A stretch of DNA of 12,353 nt from Candidatus Bathyarchaeia archaeon (GTDB lineage: Archaea > Thermoproteota > Bathyarchaeia > TCS64). The number at the start of each line of letters is the position of its first letter. The stretch's first letter is position 1. Under the pieces are notes generated by a model. That model did no database searches and had not been told where the DNA came from. It saw only the letters and a program-made list of their open reading frames with translations. Both the position numbers and the translations under genes were made by a program. Positions 1 through 6,487 of the stretch are shown in pieces. Where the stretch lies: the NCBI GenBank assembly GCA_050014495.1, contig JBEKDF010000056.1, positions 1 through 12,353 of the forward strand, given 5' to 3'.

Positions 1-467
1 AAACGATTGTATAGAAACTCAGTCTGATCCATAAAACGAGAATACCCCTGCTCCTCCCTTAACTCACTCAAAACTGGCTTAAGCTTCTCAAAATATTTTA
101 TGGTAACACCGGCGAACAGGAGGGCAACGTGGCGAATATCCAGTAAACCATCCCTTACAAGGAGGCCAAATCCCTCGAACCGCATCGCCATGATGTAGAG
201 GGCTTTAAGCATCTCCGGGTTTTCGACGAATTTCTTCTTGAATTCGGAGAAGTTCGTGTAATCTGTATTCACGACGTTGACCCACATCTCAACAAATTGA
301 GGTTCAGCGAGTTTATCGTAAACCGCCATCAACAGTTGTGCCTGCCTGGTCTCGAGGTTCGCCTTGAGGTTTCTCTGGTTCGTCCTCAGGGTGAGGACGT
401 AGTAGATAGCTGCTACCGTCACGCTTGCTGCTGTCACCAATACTCCAATTGTTTGAACGTCAACCAA
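1..467 (-). CDS. DUF4760-like membrane-anchored protein (partial, 3' end off window; missing from the ORF track)
   Basis: Manual translation from TTG at 467 is open to the window edge: MVDVQTIGVLVTAASVTVAAIYYVLTLRTNQRNLKANLETRQAQLLMAVYDKL...FEGFGLLVRDGLLD...YFEKLKPVLSELREEQG...TEFLYNR. It has an N-terminal TM helix plus the FEGxGxLVxxGxxD and ExLY motifs I associate with DUF4760. Paralog at 3560-3823. Confidence 0.85.
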   Translation of the reverse strand, partial: MVDVQTIGVLVTAASVTVAAIYYVLTLRTNQRNLKANLETRQAQLLMAVYDKLAEPQFVEMWVNVVNTDYTNFSEFKKKFVENPEMLKALYIMAMRFEGFGLLVRDGLLDIRHVALLFAGVTIKYFEKLKPVLSELREEQGYSRFMDQTEFLYNR

Positions 468-494
468 TACATCTCACTTGGTTAGAGTCAGATA

Positions 495-518
495 GAAGTG
501 AGGATAAGGCTATTGAGT
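495..518 (-). promoter_or_regulatory. Shared promoter block, copy 1 (minus strand ACTCAATAGCCTTATCCTCACTTC)
   Basis: Core TGAGGATAAGG at 499-509, 32 bp from the TTG start at 467. The same core recurs at 3855 and 4442 with matching spacing. Confidence 0.7.
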
Positions 519-735
519 GGACTCTTTTTGAGGGTTATTATCATAGACCGAATTGCATGGTGTAGACACGTGTTTTTTCCTTACAATTGATGCAACTCAT
601 TCAACACTTCTATTGTCGGGTTGCATGAGTCTTTACCTTTGCTTGGCTCTTCTTAAAGACATACGAGCGATATTGCTTTTCCGATGTAAACCATGATGAT
701 AGATATGGTTATACTCGCATTCACTAGCCCTTTAA

Positions 736-861
736 ATTGGCTGGGTCGCTAGCCTCGACTCATCCAGAAACCCCGAAACCGTGGCACCTGCAAAGTCACC
801 GGATACGACGGGCCAATGGATGAGGGTGGGCCACTCATTGAGTAACAGCGACCCAGCCACT
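736..861 (-). ncRNA. Candidate structured ncRNA of unknown family (~125 nt, paired 5'/3' ends, multibranch)
   Basis: Perfect 13-bp inverted repeat (IR) TGGCTGGGTCGCT (738-750) / AGCGACCCAGCCA (847-859). Nested perfect 8-bp IR CTCATCCA (759-766) / TGGATGAG (817-824). Inner CCCG/CGGG (772-775 / 809-812). Hairpin GTTACTC-AAT-GAGTGGC on the minus strand (846-830). A minus-strand TATA (TTTATATG, 891-884) places the transcription start at ~860. Confidence 0.55.
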
Positions 862-883
862 ATTCAAGGGGTCAGCATCTAGA

Positions 884-900
884 CATATAAAAAAATTCTC
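884..900 (-). promoter_or_regulatory. BRE/TATA-like promoter for the candidate ncRNA
   Basis: Minus strand reads GAGAATTTTTTTATATG. The TATA ends ~24 nt upstream of the first base of the terminal stem. Confidence 0.45.
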
Positions 901-1083
901 TCATGGGTTGAGAGAGACGAATGAAAAGTGAAAGTGAAGTCACCGTAATCAGGAAGTTCTCTCCATCTAGTGTACTGGGAATTGCTTCCCGAAGTTCCCT
1001 CCAAACCCACTAGATTAAATGGGTCGTAACTCCGAGAAAAAATACCGAATATGTGCAGTTTCATTCTATCGCCCGTCTTCTTG

Positions 1084-1098
1084 GCGCGCGCGAAAAGC
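1084..1098 (+). repeat. GCGCGCGCGAAAAGC junction motif, copy A
   Basis: 14/15 identical to 1697-1711. The first 13 nt are identical to the minus-strand copy at 3580-3568. Confidence 0.75.
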
Positions 1099-1139
1099 AT
1101 TCTCGGGTCCTCATAAAGTACTTACAAAAAAGAAAACCT

Positions 1140-1170
1140 CCTCAGTGATTAACATATTAATTGACTGAGG
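1140..1170. repeat. Imperfect inverted repeat, operator-like
   Basis: CCTCAGT (1140-1146) / ACTGAGG (1164-1170), with inner ATTAA (1148-1152) / TTAAT (1157-1161). Lies upstream of the TATA (TTTTATA at ~1202) of the 1242 gene. Confidence 0.55.
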
Positions 1171-1241
1171 TTACTGGCTGCCCGCACGCATATGTGTTAA
1201 GTTTTATACATGAAAGATAAAATTAAAATTGGCGAAAATAA

Positions 1242-1655
1242 TTGCCAGAGGAAAAAAAGGAACCAACTTTTAAAAAAATAGAAAAAGCTATGGTATATTT
1301 AGATTCTGAAGGAAAAGCAGTCTATCTTGGTTTGCCAACTAAAATAAAAGAGATGAAAGGAGGCAAAGCTGGGATATCATTAAAAATATCAGAAGGACTT
1401 GGAGGAGAGGTTGCGGGAAGTACATATTCAGAGGTAGATTATAAATGGACAAAAATTACAGATGAACCAGTTACGGAACAAGATTTAGTAGAATCTACGA
1501 AAGCGGTTGCTACCACTTCAGGGACTACAATAGTAAGTTCCGGATCTGCTGTGACAAATCCACCGATAGCATATGTTGATTATTGTTCGTCGTGTAAATC
1601 GATGATACTCAAGGGATCTAAATATTGTAACCAATGCGGAGCAAAAATTGAGTGA
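1242..1655 (+). CDS. Hypothetical protein with C-terminal zinc ribbon (CxxC...CxxC)
   Basis: 137-aa ORF with a Ser/Thr-rich linker followed by CSSC-x10-CNQCG. TATA-like TTTTATA at 1202-1208. AT-rich. Confidence 0.75.
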   Translation: MPEEKKEPTFKKIEKAMVYLDSEGKAVYLGLPTKIKEMKGGKAGISLKISEGLGGEVAGSTYSEVDYKWTKITDEPVTEQDLVESTKAVATTSGTTIVSSGSAVTNPPIAYVDYCSSCKSMILKGSKYCNQCGAKIE

Positions 1656-1696
1656 ATCTTTCTTAAGTATTCTACAAAATTTTATCTGTACCGAAT

Positions 1697-1711
1697 GCGC
1701 GCGCGAGAAGC
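1697..1711 (+). repeat. GCGCGCGCGAGAAGC junction motif, copy B
   Basis: Direct repeat of 1084-1098. Sits where AT-rich sequence gives way to visibly more GC-balanced sequence. Confidence 0.75.
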
Positions 1712-1874
1712 TGTTCGTGTACTTCAATAAGCGGTTCCCGGTTCCGAGTATTCGGCGTGGCAGTAAGATAGGGTTGAACACCATCATTAAGGAGGAGTCA
1801 TCAAGGATGTGGTTCTATCTGTTGGGAACTAAAACGGCTGAATGGGTTCCTAAAATTCCTAGTCCTTAACGATA

Positions 1875-2699
1875 TCAAGTTACATAATCTTCAGTTTTTT
1901 CAAATCCCTTTTTCCTAAATCTTTCTAATTCATACTCTTTCATTTTGTCCCTGGCTTCACTGTGGTCATAAAAAGCAACAGCAATCTCAACTGATGCAAA
2001 AAACAACACAAAATATGTTAAACTGAGATTCAAGTTGTTACTTTCCTGTTGAACCGCTACTTCTCCCGATGCAATTTGAATCGGCTCAAATAAAACATTC
2101 AATACGTATTCATTATCCGGAAACATAGCACTAAACTCAGACCACGAATCTGGAGCCCTAAGCAAATCGAATGTTGGAATTAAGTCTATAGTGACTGTAA
2201 GCTCAACTGGTCCTACCGCTTGAAATTGTACCCAATCACCGCCAGACCACATTTGAGAGAGTGTAATATTATTTGTGGTTCCTCTTTGCATTAGAGAAAA
2301 ATGGCTTTGAGTCGGAGGCTCCATTAAAGGAAAATTTTCGAAAGCGATTGGCTCGCATCTTAGAGCATTTTTAGCACTTACTTCGATGTTTATGATATTA
2401 TAAATAGGACTAGTTGTTTCTGCTACAAAAACTATGGATGTTGGGTTTCCTACACTGAGACTTGGCGAAGATACGTTACACCATATTGTTAATGTATTTG
2501 GTGTTCCCGCGTGAATGAAATTAGGAAGAGTATATTCCTGTGTCCCTATTTTCCACTGTAAAGAAGTTGACTTCTTGGAAGATAGTTTTGGAAGATAGGG
2601 ATTTGTAAGATAGCCTGCCGATAGGAAATAGCTTGCAGCTATTGTTGAAATTATGAATAATACAAAGATAGGAAACTTCCGAGTTTGTAACCAGTGCAT
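1875..2699 (-). CDS. Hypothetical membrane protein (N-terminal and C-terminal TM helices flanking a probable beta-rich extracellular domain)
   Basis: 274-aa ORF. Hydrophobic segments FPIFVLFIISTIAASYFLSAGYL and LSLTYFVLFFASVEIAVAFY, a charged C-terminal tail, and several NxS/T sequons. Confidence 0.8.
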   Translation of the reverse strand: MHWLQTRKFPIFVLFIISTIAASYFLSAGYLTNPYLPKLSSKKSTSLQWKIGTQEYTLPNFIHAGTPNTLTIWCNVSSPSLSVGNPTSIVFVAETTSPIYNIINIEVSAKNALRCEPIAFENFPLMEPPTQSHFSLMQRGTTNNITLSQMWSGGDWVQFQAVGPVELTVTIDLIPTFDLLRAPDSWSEFSAMFPDNEYVLNVLFEPIQIASGEVAVQQESNNLNLSLTYFVLFFASVEIAVAFYDHSEARDKMKEYELERFRKKGFEKTEDYVT

Positions 2700-2768
2700 T
2701 CAGCTATCTATAAAAATTACATCTAAACGATTCTTATAAAATACTCGTGACTTTTTTCGTTCCTGTTT

Positions 2769-2792
2769 TACGTGTATGCGTACGCACGTGTG
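2769..2792. repeat. 24-nt alternating purine/pyrimidine tract with a central palindrome
   Basis: TACGTGTATGCGTACGCACGTGTG, containing the palindrome TGCGTACGCA (2777-2786). Lies between two divergently transcribed genes. Confidence 0.7.
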
Positions 2793-2845
2793 ACTCGATG
2801 ATGCACTAAAAAGTTAAATTCAAAGTTATTAAAGACTCAATATAC

Positions 2846-3472
2846 ATGCCTTCGATTTTAAAGTTCATCCGAGGACCAAAAGGTATCGCAATAGGTCTAT
2901 TTCTCTTGGTGATAATATTTGTTTTCTTCTCTATAGATTCAATGTTAACAACAGTTGAACTTAATGGATGGGAATATTTCTATGGCAGCTTAAAAATTGG
3001 TGACATAATCGTAGGTTTAGGAACTGTGCTTTTAGCCGTTTTTACCGGACTGCTTGCCTTTACATCAAGTCGAGACGCAAGAAGAGAGCGAAGAGTTATG
3101 CGAATTAAAGAGCAGTTGGAAGGATTATATTCACCATTAATGGCATACATAAAATATTTTGACAACGTTGATGAACATTTTTCGTTATCCGAGCGTAAAA
3201 TCAATGCAGTAAGAAAAGCTGGTGAAACAAAGGTTTGGTTATTAATGCACGAGATAAGAAGTAAATATGAATTCTTAGCTGAGCCAGAATTAAAACGAAA
3301 GCTCAGAGAATACTATATTGAAAAGGATACACCGCCTTATGATATGGTAGGCAGCATTATTTATAATAAAGGACTTGAATGGAGAGAACGACTGGTTCAT
3401 ATCAAAACCTTAATAGAGAATGATTATCAAAAATTAACACAAGAATACGAAAAATTATATTCGATTCCATAA
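2846..3472 (+). CDS. Hypothetical membrane protein (two TM helices plus a helical soluble domain)
   Basis: 208-aa ORF. TM segments IAIGLFLLVIIFVFFSI and IIVGLGTVLLAVFTGLLAFT, followed by a basic patch and QLEGLYSPL. Confidence 0.8.
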   Translation: MPSILKFIRGPKGIAIGLFLLVIIFVFFSIDSMLTTVELNGWEYFYGSLKIGDIIVGLGTVLLAVFTGLLAFTSSRDARRERRVMRIKEQLEGLYSPLMAYIKYFDNVDEHFSLSERKINAVRKAGETKVWLLMHEIRSKYEFLAEPELKRKLREYYIEKDTPPYDMVGSIIYNKGLEWRERLVHIKTLIENDYQKLTQEYEKLYSIP

Positions 3473-3559
3473 AATCGCTTCTAAAAATAGACTTATTAGG
3501 TATTCTGTTAATAATATAATCATCATGATTAAAACTGCCTGATTGCGCTAGTCTTTTTC

Positions 3560-3823
3560 CTAGGTCATTTTCGCGCGCGCGTAAGCGTCGGGGTTGTTGT
3601 CGGACCTGTACTTCTTCTCGAAGTCGTCGTAGTCCTTCCACTCCATGTTCATCATCGTGACGTACTGTTTATACGCGTCTCCGTTCTGGAGGTAGTTTAC
3701 AGTTTGTAGTAGTAACTGTATGTGTCTGCTTCTTCTCGCCTCGCCGAGTGTACTGGCGTAGTAAATCGCCGCAACCGTCACGCTTGCTGTGACCAATACG
3801 CCAATCGTCTGCGCATCAACCAT
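3560..3823 (-). pseudogene. 3'-truncated DUF4760-like paralog
   Basis: N-terminus nearly identical to the 1-467 gene (MVDAQTIGVLVTA-SVTVAAIYY). It ends after 87 aa and lacks the FEGxGxLV half. The apparent homology stops at the GCGCGCGCG motif. Confidence 0.75.
3566..3580 (-). repeat. GCGCGCGCGAAAATG junction motif, copy C (inverted relative to A and B)
   Basis: Plus strand CATTTTCGCGCGCGC. Coincides with the truncation point of the DUF4760-like gene and with a composition shift. Confidence 0.75.
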
Positions 3824-3850
3824 TATTCATCACTGGAGAAGAATCGTGTG

Positions 3851-3870
3851 GAAGTGAGGATAAGGCTGTT
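3851..3870 (-). promoter_or_regulatory. Shared promoter block, copy 2
   Basis: GAAGTGAGGATAAGGCTGTT. Core at 3855-3865, 32 bp from the ATG at 3823. Confidence 0.7.
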
Positions 3871-4409
3871 TATTCGCAAACGCTAGAAAAATTCCATGCT
3901 TTGTATTGATTCAAATTTAAAGGGGTACCTAAGTATTTTTTAAAAGCTTCAAATTTAAACAGTTTTTCAGATGCGGGAAACTTCCGCATTCTATTTTCCT
4001 TGGAATGTTCTATCCCATTTCTACCAGGAGTTTCTTTCCAAGCCTTAAAACCCAATTCAACTTGTTCTTTAACAACTTTACTGGGAACAATGTAGTACTG
4101 GGGATTGTTAACTCCATTTTTTAGATTGACAAATACAAAAAAGAAGTCTGGTTTAGGAAGTATTTTTTCCTCGGGAGGACAAAACCATTCATCTACACTC
4201 CAAGATGTTTTTACTTGAAGCTCAATTTTTTCTCCCTTTGGTGTCTTAATAATTATGTCGACACCAGATGTGTTTCTAATAGTCGGTAACGCGATGTAAC
4301 CTCTACGGCTTAGTTCGCCACAGACAAAATGGACACCTGATGAACCTACCAGAGAATTATCAGGTTTGGGGAGAGGCATGAGCGACGGAGGCAGAGCTAA
4401 GTCAGCCAA
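3870..4409 (-). CDS. PD-(D/E)XK superfamily endonuclease (restriction-endonuclease-like)
   Basis: Motifs GxxGxHFVCGELSRRGY, GVDIII and ELQVKT (D...QxK variant), plus FFFVFV and QYYIVPS. Alternative start ATG at 4379. Confidence 0.8.
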   Translation of the reverse strand: MADLALPPSLMPLPKPDNSLVGSSGVHFVCGELSRRGYIALPTIRNTSGVDIIIKTPKGEKIELQVKTSWSVDEWFCPPEEKILPKPDFFFVFVNLKNGVNNPQYYIVPSKVVKEQVELGFKAWKETPGRNGIEHSKENRMRKFPASEKLFKFEAFKKYLGTPLNLNQYKAWNFSSVCE

Positions 4410-4415
4410 ATTATA

Positions 4416-4461
4416 ACACCTGAATTAGCAACAGGTGTAAATGAGGATAAGGTTATTGAGT
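4416..4461 (-). promoter_or_regulatory. Shared promoter block, copy 3, with a downstream 7-bp inverted repeat
   Basis: TAAATGAGGATAAGGTTATTGAGT (4438-4461), core 33 bp from the TTG at 4409. IR ACACCTG (4416-4422) / CAGGTGT (4432-4438) lies between the promoter and the start. Confidence 0.7.
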
Positions 4462-4540
4462 CAACATTCACTCGACCGCCTCCTTTGCTGGTGTGCCTAG
4501 GTTTTAAGAGGCTTGGTGAGCTGCCAATTGACGAGACTCC

Positions 4541-4822
4541 TTGATTCCTGAAGCTGAAGTTGTAGAGTTCGTAAATGAGATGAGCAGAACCACGGGTGTT
4601 CTCGTCTCATTCGGAGTGAATGCTTACTATGTGGACCCTGAGCCCGGAACAGCTTTCGTGGTCTTCATCGATCCAGCGTATCTGGATGGGGTAGCGGTGT
4701 CTAAGATGGAGGCATACGCTGAGAGGAAGGGGCTCAATGTGGTTGAGGAGTGGAGTGACTGGGGTAGATTCCTCAAGATCATGAAGTTGAGGACTGAGTT
4801 TGTATCTGCATTCTCACCCTGA
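4541..4822 (+). CDS. Hypothetical protein
   Basis: 93-aa ORF with protein-like composition. TATA-like TTTTAAG at ~4502. Confidence 0.7.
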   Translation: MIPEAEVVEFVNEMSRTTGVLVSFGVNAYYVDPEPGTAFVVFIDPAYLDGVAVSKMEAYAERKGLNVVEEWSDWGRFLKIMKLRTEFVSAFSP

Positions 4823-4902
4823 GCCTCATCCATTGGGGCGGTGATATTGGCGCATAAAGATCGGGGGCGGAGCGGGGGTGAGGCTATGAGGCCCCACGAC
4901 AT

Positions 4903-5199
4903 CTAGCGTGCCATAATTGCCCGGAGAGCATGTGCGGTTCTTTTAATGCACGTTTCATCAAGTTCCTTCAACTTCGAATGAGTTCCCCAACTTGTTCTAT
5001 TCCAGAACCTTTCATGAACATAGTATGCTACACTTGTGTAAATATTACTTCCAAGCATAAACCAAAACGCAGTTTGATATTGTCCGGTGAGCAGATAAAT
5101 AAAGGTAAAATCTAATATTATAATCAAAGCTCGATAAGTAATTGTTTTCACTAACGACCTTGTCCAAGGTTCTTTGACCTTACGATCCTCACCTACCAT
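4903..5199 (-). CDS. DUF2061 domain small membrane protein
   Basis: E..TRSLVKTITYR...YLLTG...YYVHERFWNRTSWG matches the DUF2061 signature as I recall it. ATG at 5199 has a GAGTGAG ribosome-binding site. The ORF can extend to GTG at 5265. Confidence 0.85.
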   Translation of the reverse strand: MVGEDRKVKEPWTRSLVKTITYRALIIILDFTFIYLLTGQYQTAFWFMLGSNIYTSVAYYVHERFWNRTSWGTHSKLKELDETCIKRTAHALRAIMAR

Positions 5200-5329
5200 C
5201 TTTAACTCACTCAAAAAATGTTCTGCACCCGTGCAGATAAGTGCACAGACTTTATTATGTTTCACCTCACCTCGCGTAAAATCGGATCTACTTAAACTAG
5301 TGGACGTTCTCCGCTATCCTGATTGAAAG

Positions 5330-5593
5330 ATGAACGAAGTTGAGGAAGCATCTAGGAAGGTTTGCGAAGATTCCTTGTGGAGGTTTGAGGGAGACGCGAT
5401 GAAGGCGTTAACAAACCCGGAGGACCACCAGGCACTTGTGGACTTGATTAACGAGTGGAAGCGACTAGGTGAACACACCTTACGGAAGCTCTCCTTGAAT
5501 GAACCCTGGAACATGCCGCTATACTTCGCTCTCTCCGCTGCGGTGCTTAATCGAAGGGAGATCAACGAACTCAAGAAGAATCTTAAAATTTAG
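5330..5593 (+). CDS. Small helical hypothetical protein, possibly related to PolB2-associated small proteins (arCOG07300-like)
   Basis: 87-aa ORF. The pattern ALxxPEDHQALVDL...P...LSAAVLNRREINELK resembles that family from memory. The family call is weak. Confidence 0.65.
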   Translation: MNEVEEASRKVCEDSLWRFEGDAMKALTNPEDHQALVDLINEWKRLGEHTLRKLSLNEPWNMPLYFALSAAVLNRREINELKKNLKI

Positions 5594-5684
5594 TAAGTGT
5601 GCGTTGTCATAAAAAATCCTTATTAGAGTAGTTTGACCAATAAGCGTGAGAAACTTTAAATTTAAAAGTAACTCATTAAATTTT

Positions 5685-6473
5685 ATGGTTTATAGAACAC
5701 TTCAACATACCAAGGATGCAACATATGCTGTATGCCCACCTCATCCTATTCCTGCTTGGAAAGGCTTTCCTTACCCCGCAGGGACCGGTTTTTTCATAAG
5801 TCCTGATGGATATTTTATAACAGCTAGACATGTAGTTGAGATGTTAGAACTAGTAAATAGCAGACTTGTTCCCAAACTAGACGCGGGACTGAAACCAACT
5901 CTAGTCCCAGCTACTTCTATTTGGTTACAAAAACCAGAGGGGGAGTTGATCCAGAATCTTACTCTTGTGCACGATTGGCCCAAATTTGACATGGTTTTAT
6001 TAAAAGCAGATTTTGATAAGGTTAAAGGTCAGAGAAGATTCGAAAAAAAGACACATTTCGACTACTTAGAAGTTGAATTAGAAATTATCCCTGAAGGGTA
6101 TGATGTGTATTCCTTCGGATATCCCTTATCAGATCCTCAAGTACAAGGGATTGGCGGACCCGTAATGATAGGTATAGTTAACTGGTTTCCACGAGCAACA
6201 TCTGCAATAATATCTTCACATCATAATGTTATTGGCATGATTTATGGTGCTGGACCTTCCCCCTATTATGTCATTGACAAAGCATTAAATCCTGGAAACA
6301 GTGGGGGACCAATAGTTGTTAATGAAAATGGTCGGGTTATCTCGGTGTGCACTGCAATTAGTACATTCCAATTAACTGGACAAGCACAAGTAAAACTCCC
6401 CACAAATTATACTGTTACAACTGCGATTAGAAATGTTTACAAAGAATTAAAGGATTTAGGGATTGTTGGATAA
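5685..6473 (+). CDS. Trypsin-like (S1/Trypsin_2) serine protease, probably cytoplasmic
   Basis: AGTGFFISPDGYFITARHVV (His), FDMVLLK (Asp) and NPGNSGGP (Ser). No signal peptide or PDZ domain seen. ATG at 5685 lies ~20-25 nt after TTTAAA boxes, suggesting a leaderless start; the ORF track starts at 5646. Confidence 0.9.
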   Translation: MVYRTLQHTKDATYAVCPPHPIPAWKGFPYPAGTGFFISPDGYFITARHVVEMLELVNSRLVPKLDAGLKPTLVPATSIWLQKPEGELIQNLTLVHDWPKFDMVLLKADFDKVKGQRRFEKKTHFDYLEVELEIIPEGYDVYSFGYPLSDPQVQGIGGPVMIGIVNWFPRATSAIISSHHNVIGMIYGAGPSPYYVIDKALNPGNSGGPIVVNENGRVISVCTAISTFQLTGQAQVKLPTNYTVTTAIRNVYKELKDLGIVG

Positions 6474-6487
6474 TACTTTTTGCAAAG

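Noticed and set aside
297..485. 62-aa plus-strand ORF
   Set aside because: Antisense shadow of the DUF4760-like gene on the minus strand.
738..859. 5S rRNA (similar length, paired ends, GACTCAT...GAA.CCC.GAA resemblance)
   Set aside because: The resembling block is too close to the 5' end and is paired in a stem, and the helix II/III and loop E patterns are missing.
738..859. Retron msr-msd (13-bp IR followed by AGC on the plus strand), Y RNA or hammerhead ribozyme
   Set aside because: There is no reverse transcriptase in the window and no long msd hairpin. There is no bulged-C Ro helix, and no exact CUGANGA/GAAA hammerhead core.
879..1100. 73-aa minus-strand ORF
   Set aside because: No recognisable motif. 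It starts across the GCGC motif and ends across the putative TATA box, so it is unsupported though not excluded.
1648..1869. 73-aa plus-strand ORF
   Set aside because: It spans junction motif B and a composition shift. It is probably chimeric or a gene remnant, and I cannot assign a product.
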